A stretch of DNA of 64,000 nucleotides from Parcubacteria group bacterium (GCA_041660065.1 JBAZXC010000002.1:240768-304767), one strand, 5' to 3'; numbered from the stretch's first letter, positions 1-11,568 are shown. Numbers and translations are program-made. The notes: generated from the sequence alone by a model not told the origin.

Positions 1-3000
1 AACTTGTTGCACCGATTGGCGCATCGGAGACAATATGATATGCATATGCCGTTCCTTGCGCACCACTACCGGATTCTGTATACACAAAATTTCCCGCTGC
101 ATTCAATGTAATATTGGATGTCGTGCCGCTGCTACGATACAACGTCACATTTGCTGTACTACTCGATGCAAGACTCAATGTACCGCTTGCCACACCATAC
201 AATTCATATCGCCCGGAATCCTGCTCCAAGGCAAGCGCAGTCGGATACATGATAAATGAATTATCCGCAGACGCTTGATGAAATCCCAAGATTGGTTGAT
301 CAGAAATAATGCGAAATGCCCGCCCATTGATAATATCTTGCGTGACGGTAATCACAGAATCCGCACCCACCGATACGGTTTGTAATGTCGTCCATCCGGT
401 TGTACTGCTTTGCTGGATCTGCACGCTCGCACCAGAAAACGGCGCGTAGAAACTAAACACATCCGTGCCCGCATCCACACGATAAACAAATTCCGTACCA
501 GCATACGATATTGGAATTGCAGAATCTGTGGCATTGCCGGTAAATCCTATCGAAAGCGGTCCTGTCACGTCATATGAGTCATATTGATCCACGCCAATAG
601 CATACGGCAATGTCACCATTTCTCCTTCGTCCAAGCGTCGCGTTGTCACACCATCACTGACATCATTACCATCACGAAATGAGATCACCACCATTTGTTG
701 CACAGCACTAAGTGAATCTACGATATAATAATTTGGCTTTACGGCTTCTGTGTGGAAAATCGCATTATAATCGCCTGTCGATTCAAGCGGATCGCCCAAA
801 TATGTGACACGCACGCACTCAAGCTCCGGACTCATCAACACATCATCTGATTCAAAATCCACATGATATTGGACGTATTGATTATCCGTTTGATTACTGA
901 TCGATGAGATCGGATATGTAAGCGTGCTATTTGTTTCTTCTGCATAATACGTACCTGCGGTACCATCCGGACCGACAAATGTCTCTCCGCTACATGCACT
1001 ATCATTACAACTTCGCACCGTGAACTTGAGACGATTCGCACCACGACGATATTGATCATAAACCTCTGTCGGACTCATGATATCACTCCAAAAAGCCACA
1101 TCGTCAAGACGACCCCGATACCATCCGTGTGAACCGGCGGAATCATAAATACGACCGATACTATTGAAATACTGCGTTTTGATCCCTGTTTCCGATATAC
1201 CGGTCCCTTCCAATACACCATCCACATATACCTCCACAGCGCCACTTACATGATTGCGCGTTAAAGCCACATGATGCCATGTGCCATCATTGATCACTGT
1301 CGTGCTCTGTGTGCCTGTCGTGTTTCCCGCTTGAATCGCGATACGACCTGTCGAAGTAATGTATCCCCAAAAAACATCGTTACCCGTACTCGCTTGCTCG
1401 GAACCCGTTATGCCTGGCGCAGTCCATGGCACATCTGCACCGGTTTGCGTTGTATTCATCCAAAAACTCACGCTTCCCGTGCCACCGATCACCGTGCTGA
1501 GATCCTGTCCAAAATCCACAAAATCATCCACGCCGTCAAAGCCAAGGGACGTATTAAATCTCCCAGATTGACTCCATAGCGCCCCATTATATGTCCCATC
1601 ATTCGTTACGCCAGACGTATTGTCGATCGTGCCGCTGCTTTCATTGAGATGCACGAGAAATAGATTTGTACTCATATCCACATCTCCATCGCCATAATCC
1701 ACTTCTTCCCCGAGATTGTTTGGCAATTCCTTAAATGTCGGGTAATTGGAAATCCATGTAAGATCGATCCATGAAGCAAGTAACCCCGCATCAAAAACTT
1801 CTGATTGGTATTCTCCTATACCCGCCGTAAGGCCTGCGCTTGTCAGCTCCGTCCACTCATCAGTGCCGTCCCACTGCGTTTCGTCATATGTACCTTCGTT
1901 AAATTCCGATTCGTTACATGTCTGCAGAGTCAAAACTGGCTGAGAATAAATATAAAATGTTGTTGTCGTACTGGCGGCAACCGTTGGCACCTTTGCCCAG
2001 ATTGTACCCGTAGAGCTGGCCCCATTATATTCTTCCAGTGCATATGGGATACCATCACTCCCATCTCCTGCGCCACCAGCAACACGAATATCGCCACCAT
2101 CAGATTGTGCAATAGCAAAAAGCGCAGATGCATCCGTTGCGACATTAACGCGCACTTGATAATCAGTGAGTGTAGCGGTAGACGTATTTGTGATCGTCAC
2201 AGGAATACGTCGTGACCATTGTTGTGTAATGCCCTCCACATCCCAACTACCGGATTCCACTACACCAACGCTCTGCGACACACCGTATTGAAATTGTCTG
2301 TTTTGTTTTTCATTGAGAATATTGTGCTCATCATTTTGTGTCGCGTATTCATAATATGCCGCAATCGGATGATCAGCGACCACGCATGCACCAGCAGCAA
2401 TATTTGCGCCATCAGTTGTCGACCCAAAATACACCTTGCCTGGATAATTACCCGTTGGCGTAACTGTGGATGTCGCACTTGGCACACCTACACCACACTG
2501 CGTTCCATTGTTGTAGAGATTTACTGTTGTTGAGATACCAGCACGCGTCGAAACAGCAAAATATTGCATCGCCTGTGGCACATAATAACGATATCCCATC
2601 TCGTTAACTGGGAGAAATGTCTGCATTTCCGCACCATCCGTGTCATTGTTGCCGTTTACACCGATCGGATAATTTGATACCGCGCGCATGGCGTTTTCAG
2701 AGCCCTCCGACCCTGCAACGGCAAGATATACATTTTGTCCACGATTCAAATTATATGTGGCTGAAGTATTATTGCTATAATAAACGTTGATTGTCGTACC
2801 ATTTGTGATTGCTGCAAGCTCCATATTACCGGATGGGACACCATACCATTCCGTCGCCGCAGGGATCAGTGGCATACTTGCCTCACTTGCGGTTGAGTGA
2901 TGTGTTCCCATGATTGGACATCCGTTTGTTACTTCCACCATCACTGCACTGTCATTTGCAATACCGGTTGCCGCATTGTTCGTTGTGGTGAGATTATAAA

Positions 3001-4099
3001 AACTCCCCTGCGTCACCGTAAACGATCCGCCTGTGACGATATTATTATTTTCATTGCGCACCTCCACGGTTGCATTGCACCACGGCGAAATAAATGAAAA
3101 TGCATTGGTGTAGAGATCCATACGATAGACAAAACTCGTCCCCGCAAAAGACACCGGCACCAACGTATCCGTACCATTGGCATTGAATTCTCCATTGATC
3201 GGATCTGTTGCACTGATCGCCGTGGTTTGTGAAAATGTCGGTGCAGTCCCGCTACTTGGATAATGCACGCGCGCATATTGCGCAAGCGTACCATCATATG
3301 TACCGACAGATACTTGATTGTTACTCGTATAACTTGCGGCATCCGTCACAGTTCCTTCTGCTGTATTAGCTGTTACATAATAGATCCTTTCTTGAGAACT
3401 GTACGTGAATGCATCTTGACGCGATGATACACTTGTTGCTGTTGCATTCCCATAATACATACATACTTCCTCTGTTACTCCCGCATCAATATTGTCCATT
3501 TTAAGCCAAATGCGCGTTGATGCCGTGTTCATGTCATCAGCAAGATAATATGGCAAAACATTGCCGTCTGCATCCACAAAGCGAATATCATCTCCGTCAG
3601 ACTGCATTTTACCCGCTGAAACAAGCGTTGCCGTATCCATGTCAAGATATACTTGATATTCTTCCTCGTCCTCTGCACCAGAAGTAGTATGATCAATATC
3701 AAAACACTTGCGATATACCCATGATTCCCCATTCCACCAATCATGCTGTGCCGTATCCGGTGAAATTGTACCAAAATGTCCCAATGTCAAATAATCATCC
3801 GCCACATCAAAAGCCTCAAGATCACTCTCGCCGGTTTCAAAATTGCCACTTGTATATGTACCACTATCAAACTCCGCCTTGGAATCAATATCTCCTTCTG
3901 ACCGCGTTTCATATTTTAAAAGTTGAATTCCTGTTTGAACGATGTTCCCGCTCTCCATAAAATTCTGAACGCGAATTTCTGCCTCAATAAATTGTGGTCC
4001 ATAGTACTGTGATGTGATGATCACAAGAACAAGAAAACTTACGGCAAAAACCGCAGCAATACCACGATACGCATGCATCTGCCCGATCTGTGTGATCAT
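1..4099 (-). CDS. Giant membrane-anchored surface protein with two DUF2341 domains and a LamG/concanavalin-like domain. Partial: the 3' end runs off the window start.
   Basis: Hand translation of the minus strand from ATG at 4099 gives MITQIGQMHAYRGIAAVFAVSFLVLVIITSQYYGPQF (N-terminal TM anchor). Downstream motifs include DIRFVDADGNVLPYYLADD...IWLKMDNIDAGVTEEVCMYYGNATATS (DUF2341 signature) and NDGTWHHVALT (LamG-like). No alternative long ORF exists in 1-4100; the gene is open at the window edge so it is absent from the ORF track. I spot-checked frame continuity at several points but not across the whole length. Confidence 0.7.
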   Translation of the reverse strand, partial: MITQIGQMHAYRGIAAVFAVSFLVLVIITSQYYGPQFIEAEIRVQNFMESGNIVQTGIQLLKYETRSEGDIDSKAEFDSGTYTSGNFETGESDLEAFDVADDYLTLGHFGTISPDTAQHDWWNGESWVYRKCFDIDHTTSGAEDEEEYQVYLDMDTATLVSAGKMQSDGDDIRFVDADGNVLPYYLADDMNTASTRIWLKMDNIDAGVTEEVCMYYGNATATSVSSRQDAFTYSSQERIYYVTANTAEGTVTDAASYTSNNQVSVGTYDGTLAQYARVHYPSSGTAPTFSQTTAISATDPINGEFNANGTDTLVPVSFAGTSFVYRMDLYTNAFSFISPWCNATVEVRNENNNIVTGGSFTVTQGSFYNLTTTNNAATGIANDSAVMVEVTNGCPIMGTHHSTASEASMPLIPAATEWYGVPSGNMELAAITNGTTINVYYSNNTSATYNLNRGQNVYLAVAGSEGSENAMRAVSNYPIGVNGNNDTDGAEMQTFLPVNEMGYRYYVPQAMQYFAVSTRAGISTTVNLYNNGTQCGVGVPSATSTVTPTGNYPGKVYFGSTTDGANIAAGACVVADHPIAAYYEYATQNDEHNILNEKQNRQFQYGVSQSVGVVESGSWDVEGITQQWSRRIPVTITNTSTATLTDYQVRVNVATDASALFAIAQSDGGDIRVAGGAGDGSDGIPYALEEYNGASSTGTIWAKVPTVAASTTTTFYIYSQPVLTLQTCNESEFNEGTYDETQWDGTDEWTELTSAGLTAGIGEYQSEVFDAGLLASWIDLTWISNYPTFKELPNNLGEEVDYGDGDVDMSTNLFLVHLNESSGTIDNTSGVTNDGTYNGALWSQSGRFNTSLGFDGVDDFVDFGQDLSTVIGGTGSVSFWMNTTQTGADVPWTAPGITGSEQASTGNDVFWGYITSTGRIAIQAGNTTGTQSTTVINDGTWHHVALTRNHVSGAVEVYVDGVLEGTGISETGIKTQYFNSIGRIYDSAGSHGWYRGRLDDVAFWSDIMSPTEVYDQYRRGANRLKFTVRSCNDSACSGETFVGPDGTAGTYYAEETNSTLTYPISSISNQTDNQYVQYHVDFESDDVLMSPELECVRVTYLGDPLESTGDYNAIFHTEAVKPNYYIVDSLSAVQQMVVISFRDGNDVSDGVTTRRLDEGEMVTLPYAIGVDQYDSYDVTGPLSIGFTGNATDSAIPISYAGTEFVYRVDAGTDVFSFYAPFSGASVQIQQSSTTGWTTLQTVSVGADSVITVTQDIINGRAFRIISDQPILGFHQASADNSFIMYPTALALEQDSGRYELYGVASGTLSLASSSTANVTLYRSSGTTSNITLNAAGNFVYTESGSGAQGTAYAYHIVSDAPIGATS

Positions 4100-4358
4100 T
4101 TTTTGATGATCAATCTTTTTTGACCTCTCTTTTTTTTGTATTACATGGACGTAATTACTCTTCAACATTTTTTGCACACGCCATTGTGCCGTCTTTTTTG
4201 CAATAAATCGACGAGTATTTCGCTTAACCTCTCGCAAAAAACCAAAAAAGCCCCCGAACGTACGTTCGGCAGATCCTATTTTATATATGGTTGATTTTTT
4301 ATCGCGGGGCATCGCTTTTTTTGTTTTTATATGTATTTTTTAAATAGGGGCCTATTTT

Positions 4359-4949
4359 TTAATCGACAGTCACATGATCGGACTGATCAGGGTCATCTCC
4401 TCTGTCTACATAGATTGCGTCTGTTATCACATCACCATCCTCCTCTTCCGTTTCAAGGCATTCCTTTTTATCGATTTCTCCACCTTTTTTGATCACCGTA
4501 TTATTATGTGAAAGATCGATCATCACAAGATATTCTTTTGACGCCTTCCCTGTGATAACCTCCACGGAAAGGATTGATTCGCCATGCTCTCCGGTCATAA
4601 GCGCCTTATTCATTTCATAGCGATCCAGACAGTCCAATGGAGCATCGTCACAATCCTTGCAAGTATCCGGCAATACTTTGTTGAGAATTTTTTTTAATTC
4701 TTTATCAGAAGGCACTAAAGAAAGATCTCCCGTGACATCCACATGTTGACTTTCTGCAGCTACTTTTTCCTTCTCCGGTTCTGGTGAAATAAGTATTTCT
4801 CTTTTTTGTTGACCATATGTCGTATATGCCGCTATGACCATGATTGCAATGGAAACAAGCGATAACATCCGATAAAATCGCGCTTCCTGTCGTTCTTTTT
4901 TATGGGCTTTATCATGCTTTGGGTTATATGGCATACATTTTTTGGTCAT
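4359..4949 (-). CDS. Hypothetical membrane-anchored acidic protein
   Basis: 196-aa ORF with an N-terminal TM segment (LSLVSIAIMVIAAYTTY) and an acidic C-terminal region. Same strand as the neighbouring surface-protein genes. No recognisable catalytic motif. Confidence 0.5.
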   Translation of the reverse strand: MTKKCMPYNPKHDKAHKKERQEARFYRMLSLVSIAIMVIAAYTTYGQQKREILISPEPEKEKVAAESQHVDVTGDLSLVPSDKELKKILNKVLPDTCKDCDDAPLDCLDRYEMNKALMTGEHGESILSVEVITGKASKEYLVMIDLSHNNTVIKKGGEIDKKECLETEEEDGDVITDAIYVDRGDDPDQSDHVTVD

Positions 4950-5071
4950 TTATATAAGCAAAAACGGGTGAAAAGTTTCCTTGCGTCCTACGACGCAATG
5001 GTCTTTTCACCCGTATGTGGCTTTAAGAAGATCTTTGAGCCTAATGGCCAAAGAAGTGTGTAGTGTGAATA

Positions 5072-5773
5072 TTAATTTGGTGAAGCAGCAACAGTCAAAC
5101 GAAATGTTCCTGTTTGTGCATCTACCATATTTGATCCACAATCGACAACAAGCGCCATCTGGCGTTGTTCACCTGCAGGGATCGTAAATTCACCAGAAGA
5201 AGCGTTTGCTACTGACATTGCGCCAGCAACAACTTCCATTTGAATTACATCATTTGGAGCGGCATCATACCAGTTCGTCAATGAACCGTAATTTGCCGGG
5301 TTTGGCAACTCTGCAATCGGTGTTGTACTGTCAGCATTTGACGTAAACAACCAAATATCAGCATCACCTGCTGTAAATGTATCAGCAACTGCAGGATTAC
5401 CATTGATGTCGGCTTCAACTGTCAATGTAACATCCCAATCCTCTGCTACTGTTGTGTTATCAAGTTGGATCACATCCGTATAATATGTACGGTCACCTGC
5501 AAAACAGGTAAATGAGATCTCTTCATGTGACAATAACGTGTCACCTGTACCAGGTGTACCATCGCCATTATCATCGTTGGTGATCGTGTTGCCGAGATTT
5601 ACCGTAAGGTAATCACTGGCAGCATCATCAGCACCGGCCAATTTCGCAATCGGAGGGGTATCGACAACCACATCCCACTGCGTGAAGTTCTGTACCACGA
5701 GGGCACCGAGAACCGGAGCTCCAACAAATAGCATGAGTGCAAGGGCGATATACATCCCTCGTTTTTTGCTCAT
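5072..5773 (-). CDS. Hypothetical secreted/membrane-anchored protein
   Basis: ORF 5072..5872. The likely start is the internal Met (MSKKRGMYIALALMLFVGAPVLG), which begins a signal/anchor sequence. Thr/Asp/Gly-rich extracellular region. Start choice is uncertain. Confidence 0.5.
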   Translation of the reverse strand: MSKKRGMYIALALMLFVGAPVLGALVVQNFTQWDVVVDTPPIAKLAGADDAASDYLTVNLGNTITNDDNGDGTPGTGDTLLSHEEISFTCFAGDRTYYTDVIQLDNTTVAEDWDVTLTVEADINGNPAVADTFTAGDADIWLFTSNADSTTPIAELPNPANYGSLTNWYDAAPNDVIQMEVVAGAMSVANASSGEFTIPAGEQRQMALVVDCGSNMVDAQTGTFRLTVAASPN

Positions 5774-6112
5774 GCCTTTTTGTATTTGTTTTTGCATACG
5801 CTTTTTGAGCATATTATTAATTACGCGAAGAAACAAAAAAACGGATATGCTTTTTTCTTCGTCGAAAATCACCCCATATCACCCCCAAAATAGGTATGTA
5901 TGAATCGATTTTCTCTGAAGAAAAAGCCACCCGCTCTTTGATCTTCTTACATCCATTATACATGAAAAAATACATTACGTCAAATATTAAAAATGAACAA
6001 TAACCATCGACAAAATTATTTGCATATGTTACGATGTATAAAGGAAAAATAGCACTATTTGCTATTTATTTTTACACAATATTATTCATACAGTTTTATT
6101 AATTCACACCTT

Positions 6113-6775
6113 ATGCACATCACATATCACGGACTTTCTTGTTTTAAGATCATTGCAAAAACTGCAGGACGTGGCAGTGAAGACGTCACCATTGTCTTCG
6201 CGCCCTATAACAAAAGCTTCGGACTCCGTCCGCCACAGGGTAATGCGGACATTATACTCATTCCCCACGACAGTCCTATGTTCAATAATGCCGATGCTCT
6301 CCGTGGCGCACCTCTTGTAATCGATCGACCCGGCGAATTTGCAGTCAAAGGCATAAACATCATCGGTAAGGATGCTCCCGCGGATCCGCGCAACGGCGAA
6401 CTGCGAGGAAACACCGTTGTGTTCATGCTCGACATTGAGGACTGCACAATTGCATATCTCGGCGCACTTGGTGCAGATCTTTCTCCAACCGTTCTCAATA
6501 TGATCGCAGGAGCCGACATTCTCTTTCTTCCTATCGGGGACAAGGAAGGTATCGATGGAAAAACAGCAGAAGTGCTCGCACGCAAGATCGAAGCAAAGAT
6601 CATTATCCCTATGCAATACCACATCAAAGGTGTTTCGGCACCATCACTGCGCAACGAGGAAGATTTTTGCTCACAGATCGGCAATTGCCCACGCAAAAAA
6701 GAAGACAAACTCATTATAAAAAAAGCTGATTTGGAAAACAAGGCGATGGAAATCATCCTATTGCAAGCCATATAA
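6113..6775 (+). CDS. MBL-fold metal-dependent hydrolase-like protein (UPF0173-like); metal-binding motif partly degenerate
   Basis: MHITYHGLSCFKI...ADIILIPHDSP pattern typical of the beta-lactamase-fold hydrolase N-terminus. Start moved to the internal Met just before HITYHG. Confidence 0.45.
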   Translation: MHITYHGLSCFKIIAKTAGRGSEDVTIVFAPYNKSFGLRPPQGNADIILIPHDSPMFNNADALRGAPLVIDRPGEFAVKGINIIGKDAPADPRNGELRGNTVVFMLDIEDCTIAYLGALGADLSPTVLNMIAGADILFLPIGDKEGIDGKTAEVLARKIEAKIIIPMQYHIKGVSAPSLRNEEDFCSQIGNCPRKKEDKLIIKKADLENKAMEIILLQAI

Positions 6776-6784
6776 ATACATCGT

Positions 6785-7072
6785 ATGTTTGATAAAATAG
6801 AAAAAAAAATACATGACATTCAAAATGAACCGGAACACATACGCTTGCGTTATCTGTGGGGTGCGGTACTCATCTCGATGATGCTTATTGTTTTTATCTG
6901 GGTCATGAGCCTCAAGACAACCTTCCTACAAGTGCGCAATGACAAAGACATGCAAAAATCGCTTGAAACACTGCAAGAACAACTCGATACGATCAAAGCT
7001 CCCACAGATCAACAGTCCGTTTCCATCGATGATCTCTTACAAAAACCTGCATCACAACAACCGGAAATGTAA
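6785..7072 (+). CDS. Small membrane protein, hypothetical
   Basis: 95-aa ORF with one TM helix (LWGAVLISMMLIVFIWVMSL) and a Gln-rich C-terminus. Confidence 0.4.
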   Translation: MFDKIEKKIHDIQNEPEHIRLRYLWGAVLISMMLIVFIWVMSLKTTFLQVRNDKDMQKSLETLQEQLDTIKAPTDQQSVSIDDLLQKPASQQPEM

Positions 7073-7259
7073 GAATACGCATCACAACGCCATTGAAATT
7101 TGGTGTTTGATATCCCTCTTCATACACGATCATCCCCATTGAAGATGGACACCAAACACAAAAACATACAGAAAACACGCACATTTTACTGTTTTTTGTA
7201 TTTTTCGTGTTTATTATTAATAAAACACCCCATCCTAAACATCTAATTTATAAACTGTT

Positions 7260-9716
7260 ATGACACAAGAAATTCAGAAACAACCACAACATCAGGTCAC
7301 CCCCCAACCGATCGTCGAAGAAATGCAAAAATCCTATCTCGAGTACGCCATGAGCGTGATCATCGCACGCGCGCTTCCCGATGTGCGTGACGGTCTCAAA
7401 CCTGTACATCGCCGCATCCTTTATTCCATGTGGAAAACAGGTCTCAAGCCAAGTGCGAAGTTCCGCAAGAGCGCAACAGTGGTAGGTGAAGTGCTCGGTA
7501 AATATCACCCACATGGTGACAGTGCGGTTTATGACACGATGGTGCGTATGGCACAGGATTTTTCTCTCCGTTACCCGCTCATTTGGGGTCAAGGAAACTT
7601 TGGATCAATGGATGGGGACAGCGCAGCGGCATATCGTTATACAGAAGCGAAACTTATGCCCATCGCTGAGGAAATGCTTTTTGATATTGAAAAAAATACC
7701 GTTGATTTTCGTCCAAACTTCGATGGCGTACACAAAGAACCGACAGTTCTCCCCGCCAAACTTCCACAACTTCTCTTAAACGGCACAATGGGTATCGCCG
7801 TTGGCATGGCAACAAACATCCCACCACACAATCTCCGCGAGCTCACCGGCGCAATTGTCCACCTCATCGACCAGCCAAAAGCAGACGTTGATGATCTATT
7901 GCAGTTTGTCACAGGTCCGGATTTCCCTACCGGAGGTATGATCTATAATCAAAAAGACATCCGCGAAGCCTATGCAACCGGCCATGGCAAAATCACAATG
8001 CGTGCAAAAGCGGATATCATTGAAAGCAAGAATGGCCAATTCTCCATTATTGTCACAGAAATCACCTACCTCACAAACAAGTCCACACTGATTGAAAAAA
8101 TTGCTTCTCTGGTAAAAGATAAAAAACTCATCGGCATCAAGGCGCTTCGTGATGAATCATCAAATAAAGATGGCGTGCGTATTGTCATGGACCTCAAAAA
8201 AGATGCCTATCCGCAAAAAGTGCTCAATCGCCTCTACACACTGACGGATCTCCAAAAGAACTTTAACGTCAATATGCTTGCGCTTGTCGATGGTATCGAA
8301 CCGCGCATTTTGAACCTCAAGGAGATCTTGGAATATTATATCTTACATCGTCGCGAAGTGATCATCAGACGCACACAATATGATCTCGACAAAGCGCGCG
8401 AACGTGCACATATTCTCGAAGGTTTGTCCAAGGCTCTAGATCATATTGATGCCGTCATTGAAACGATCAGAAAATCACAAACACGTGAAACGGCACACGA
8501 AAACCTCCGCAAACGATTTAAATTCTCTGATGTGCAAGCAACGGCAATCCTGGAAATGCGCCTGCAGACACTTGCCGGATTGGAACGCAAAAAAATCGAG
8601 GATGAACTCAAAGAAAAGATCCGCCTTATCAAGCAATTGGAAGCGATCATCAAAAGCGATAAGCTGCAAAAAAATCTCGTCAAAGATGAACTCATTGCAC
8701 TTACAGAAAAATTTGGTGATGCTCGCAAAACCAAAGTGTTCAAATCCGCCGTCGGCGAATTCAAACAAGAAGACCTCGTGCCAAATGAAGAAGCAATCAT
8801 TACGATTACCACAGACGGCTATGTCAAACGCATGAATCCTTCCGTCTATCGCGTCCAAAAACGTGGTGGCAAAGGCGTGATCGGCGCAACGACGAAAGAA
8901 GATACGAGTGTGATCCACATGCTTTCTGTCATGACACATGACAATCTCTTCTTCTTTACCAATACAGGCAAAGTTTTCCAAACAAAAGCATATGAAATTC
9001 CCGAATCCGCTCGCACCGCCAAAGGCAATGCGATCGTCAATTTCCTCCAACTGTCACAAAGTGAAGAGGTGACAGAAATCATTCCATTCAACAGTGACGA
9101 TCAGTACAAATTTCTCTTCATGGCGACAAGCAACGGTGTGGTCAAAAAAGTAAAAATTACAGATTTTGACAATGTGCGTCGATCAGGACTTATTGCGATC
9201 AACCTTGAAGCTGGTGATAAGCTTCACTGGGTCAAGCCAACCACCGGCACAGACAACGTCATCCTTTCCACAGCACACGGCCAAGCAGTACACTTCCGCG
9301 AAAACAACGTGCGTGCGATGGGACGTAACGCTTCCGGCGTACGTGGCATCAAACTCAAAAAGGATGACTACGTGGTCGGCATGGATGTCATGTTTGCCAA
9401 GCAAAAAGGTGACGAACTCTTCATCATCACAGCAAACGGCTTTGGCAAAAAAACCAAGATCTCTCAGTACAAACTCCAGCGTCGTGGCGGATCCGGCATC
9501 AAAACTGCCAAGATCACACCAAAGACCGGACTTATCGTCAGTGCACGCGTTGTGAGCGCAGATGACAATGACAGCGATGTGATCATCACAAGTGCAAACG
9601 GTCAGATCATCCGCACACCGCTCAAACACATCTCTACACTCTCACGCGCGACACAAGGCGTGCGCATCATGAAACCAAAGCCAGGCGACACGATCAGCGC
9701 CGCAACGATCTTGTAA
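7260..9716 (+). CDS. gyrA: DNA gyrase subunit A
   Basis: 818 aa. Canonical N-terminus [28 protein letters not shown], the active-site Tyr region, and a C-terminal beta-pinwheel with repeated GxxGxGxxxA-like blades. A terminator hairpin follows. Confidence 0.97.
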   Translation: MTQEIQKQPQHQVTPQPIVEEMQKSYLEYAMSVIIARALPDVRDGLKPVHRRILYSMWKTGLKPSAKFRKSATVVGEVLGKYHPHGDSAVYDTMVRMAQDFSLRYPLIWGQGNFGSMDGDSAAAYRYTEAKLMPIAEEMLFDIEKNTVDFRPNFDGVHKEPTVLPAKLPQLLLNGTMGIAVGMATNIPPHNLRELTGAIVHLIDQPKADVDDLLQFVTGPDFPTGGMIYNQKDIREAYATGHGKITMRAKADIIESKNGQFSIIVTEITYLTNKSTLIEKIASLVKDKKLIGIKALRDESSNKDGVRIVMDLKKDAYPQKVLNRLYTLTDLQKNFNVNMLALVDGIEPRILNLKEILEYYILHRREVIIRRTQYDLDKARERAHILEGLSKALDHIDAVIETIRKSQTRETAHENLRKRFKFSDVQATAILEMRLQTLAGLERKKIEDELKEKIRLIKQLEAIIKSDKLQKNLVKDELIALTEKFGDARKTKVFKSAVGEFKQEDLVPNEEAIITITTDGYVKRMNPSVYRVQKRGGKGVIGATTKEDTSVIHMLSVMTHDNLFFFTNTGKVFQTKAYEIPESARTAKGNAIVNFLQLSQSEEVTEIIPFNSDDQYKFLFMATSNGVVKKVKITDFDNVRRSGLIAINLEAGDKLHWVKPTTGTDNVILSTAHGQAVHFRENNVRAMGRNASGVRGIKLKKDDYVVGMDVMFAKQKGDELFIITANGFGKKTKISQYKLQRRGGSGIKTAKITPKTGLIVSARVVSADDNDSDVIITSANGQIIRTPLKHISTLSRATQGVRIMKPKPGDTISAATIL

Positions 9717-9733
9717 GAAGAGTAGACAAGAAA

Positions 9734-9766
9734 TCAAAAACAGCTTTTCATAAAGCTGTTTTTGAT
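9734..9766. terminator. Bidirectional rho-independent terminator between convergent gyrA and the HIT gene
   Basis: AAAAACAGCTTT-tcat-AAAGCTGTTTTT hairpin flanked by A and T runs. Confidence 0.7.
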
Positions 9767-9782
9767 TTATATATGCCTATTT

Positions 9783-10214
9783 TTATATAAACAATTTTTT
9801 CATTTCATCTATAGATGGTTGCAATTCTTCATGTGATAAATTACGCTTGGTTTTGGGATCTCTGTGGAACAAATGATATTCCGGTAACCGCTCTTTATCT
9901 CCCTTCACGCGAGGCATTATATGAAAATGAAAATGCTCAACCGTTTGTCCGGCATATTTACCCTCATTGAATCCATAATTACATCCCTCCGGCTGCAAAT
10001 AGTCATTGTACTTTTGCGAAACCAATTGGACGGCAGAAATTATGTCGATCAGTTCATCTTTTGTCAGTGCGCGAATATTTGTCACATGTCGCTTTGGAAC
10101 AACGACACACTGACCTTTGTTTGCGGGGCGAATATTATAGATCACAAAAATATTTTTATTTTCATATAACAGCTGCTCTTCTATTGTTTTTGGATCACAA
10201 AACGGACACTGCAT
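9783..10214 (-). CDS. HIT-family nucleotide hydrolase/transferase
   Basis: Histidine triad HFHFHIMPR. N-terminal CPFC. VVVPKRHV motif. Confidence 0.8.
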   Translation of the reverse strand: MQCPFCDPKTIEEQLLYENKNIFVIYNIRPANKGQCVVVPKRHVTNIRALTKDELIDIISAVQLVSQKYNDYLQPEGCNYGFNEGKYAGQTVEHFHFHIMPRVKGDKERLPEYHLFHRDPKTKRNLSHEELQPSIDEMKKLFI

Positions 10215-10404
10215 ATTTTTTAAATTAAATCGTTAATATTATTTACATTTTTTTGAAAACTGTCCCGCAATACCATTTCACTATGCCCTAAGCATTTAGG
10301 AAGAGCATCAGAGAGTCTCAATATCATAAAAAGTTTGAAAATATATATCACCTCGTTAATTATAAAATATGGCGTGAGACTTGAACAAGTATCACGCCTT
10401 ACGA

Positions 10405-10617
10405 TCAGAGGAGCTGCTTTATATTCTTATTGAAATATTCCGTGTTAAAGAATATAAATGTTTCCGGAGCGATAAGATCGATATGACGCCGCAACAAATC
10501 CATTTTCTCAGGATCCACAACGGGTTCCAGTGTATTTTTCAAAAACACACGCAGGTCTCCATCGCTTTCAAAATTCAAGAACGTCAGACCAAATCCTTCA
10601 TGCATTTCAATATCCAT
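10405..10617 (-). CDS. Hypothetical small protein
   Basis: 70-aa ORF in an AT-rich block. No motif recognised. Confidence 0.3.
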   Translation of the reverse strand: MDIEMHEGFGLTFLNFESDGDLRVFLKNTLEPVVDPEKMDLLRRHIDLIAPETFIFFNTEYFNKNIKQLL

Positions 10618-10872
10618 CTTGCCTCCTCATTTGATTGATGATCCAAATTCTGATCTTTGGATATTCATTATTTTAAGAACAAAAACGAACCGGCTCTCAC
10701 AGATTTATGTCACTCTACCACCAAATTTTGTTAATGACAAGCCTGCCTTGACTTTTCGTTTTAATCATATATACTGCCATGAAGTTCTTTTACAGGATTG
10801 TTGTATACAAACATATACGATATTCTTAATTATCTTTGATAATTATTTTAACCAATCATCAGGGAGGACCCT

Positions 10873-11202
10873 ATGAAAATGCACTTGCTTATAACAAACA
10901 GTGATGGATCAATTTTCTGGGATTTGCAGGAGGATCTCGATCTTATCAATATACCAGGAGCATGGGCTATATTACGAAAAAACCCAAGAGACGGTGAAAA
11001 AAAAGGCTATGGTGAAGATCGTGGAAAGGTTATTATTGATTGGCTGTATAAAAATCACGGACCAAAACAAATGTGCGTGGAGAGTGTGCCACGTGCCGTT
11101 GTTGAGTCATGTTTAAAATATGCTGACAATCAGGAATTAAGCAAATTGTTTGGGAGAACCCTTCTACAATTACTTCAAGAAAAGTTTGGAAAAGAATATT
11201 GA
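10873..11202 (+). CDS. Hypothetical protein
   Basis: 109-aa ORF preceded by a strong SD (cAGGGAGGaccctATG) and followed by a clean terminator. No recognisable domain. Confidence 0.6.
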   Translation: MKMHLLITNSDGSIFWDLQEDLDLINIPGAWAILRKNPRDGEKKGYGEDRGKVIIDWLYKNHGPKQMCVESVPRAVVESCLKYADNQELSKLFGRTLLQLLQEKFGKEY

Positions 11203-11237
11203 TCTTTTAAAAAATTGAAATTATTATCAGATATCAA

Positions 11238-11278
11238 AGTCCAGCATAAATTTATGCTGGACTTCTTTTATTTTTTAT
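11238..11278 (+). terminator. Rho-independent terminator
   Basis: AGTCCAGCATAAA/TTTATGCTGGACT hairpin followed by TCTTTTATTTTTTATT. Confidence 0.8.
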
Positions 11279-11346
11279 TAAATAAAAACAAAAAACAATT
11301 CGTAAAGAATTGTTTTTTGTGTTTCTCACAACCCATAGTCTAGTGA

Positions 11347-11568
11347 CTATAGGAGACCCATCAAACTGAAAAGTGTCATCGTCATTGCAGGCACAAGTGC
11401 AAGTAATACAGCAAATTCTGTATCATTTGATTTGCGGTGCAAACGGAAACTTTTGATTTCCTCTACAGGTGCTTCCGGAGTTGTCTCAGGAGCAGGAGCG
11501 GCTACTACATCTTCTTCGCTTCCGCCACATGAACAACCACATGTTGCACATTTTTTGATCTCAGCCAT
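11347..11568 (-). CDS. Small Cys-rich tail-anchored protein (possible metal-binding peptide)
   Basis: 73 aa. N-terminal CATCGCSCGG (4 Cys in 8 residues), a Pro/Glu/Ala-rich linker, and a C-terminal hydrophobic helix (AVLLALVPAMTMTLFSLMGLL). A perfect 16-bp palindrome ATGCAATATATTGCAT sits about 40 bp upstream. A bidirectional terminator hairpin lies downstream (11296-11325). Confidence 0.5.
   Translation of the reverse strand: MAEIKKCATCGCSCGGSEEDVVAAPAPETTPEAPVEEIKSFRLHRKSNDTEFAVLLALVPAMTMTLFSLMGLL

Noticed and set aside
35-3960. Numerous 60-136-aa plus- and minus-strand ORFs in the ORF track within 1..4100
   Set aside because: All lie inside or antisense to the single long minus-strand reading frame of the giant DUF2341/LamG gene, which is absent from the track only because it runs off the window edge.
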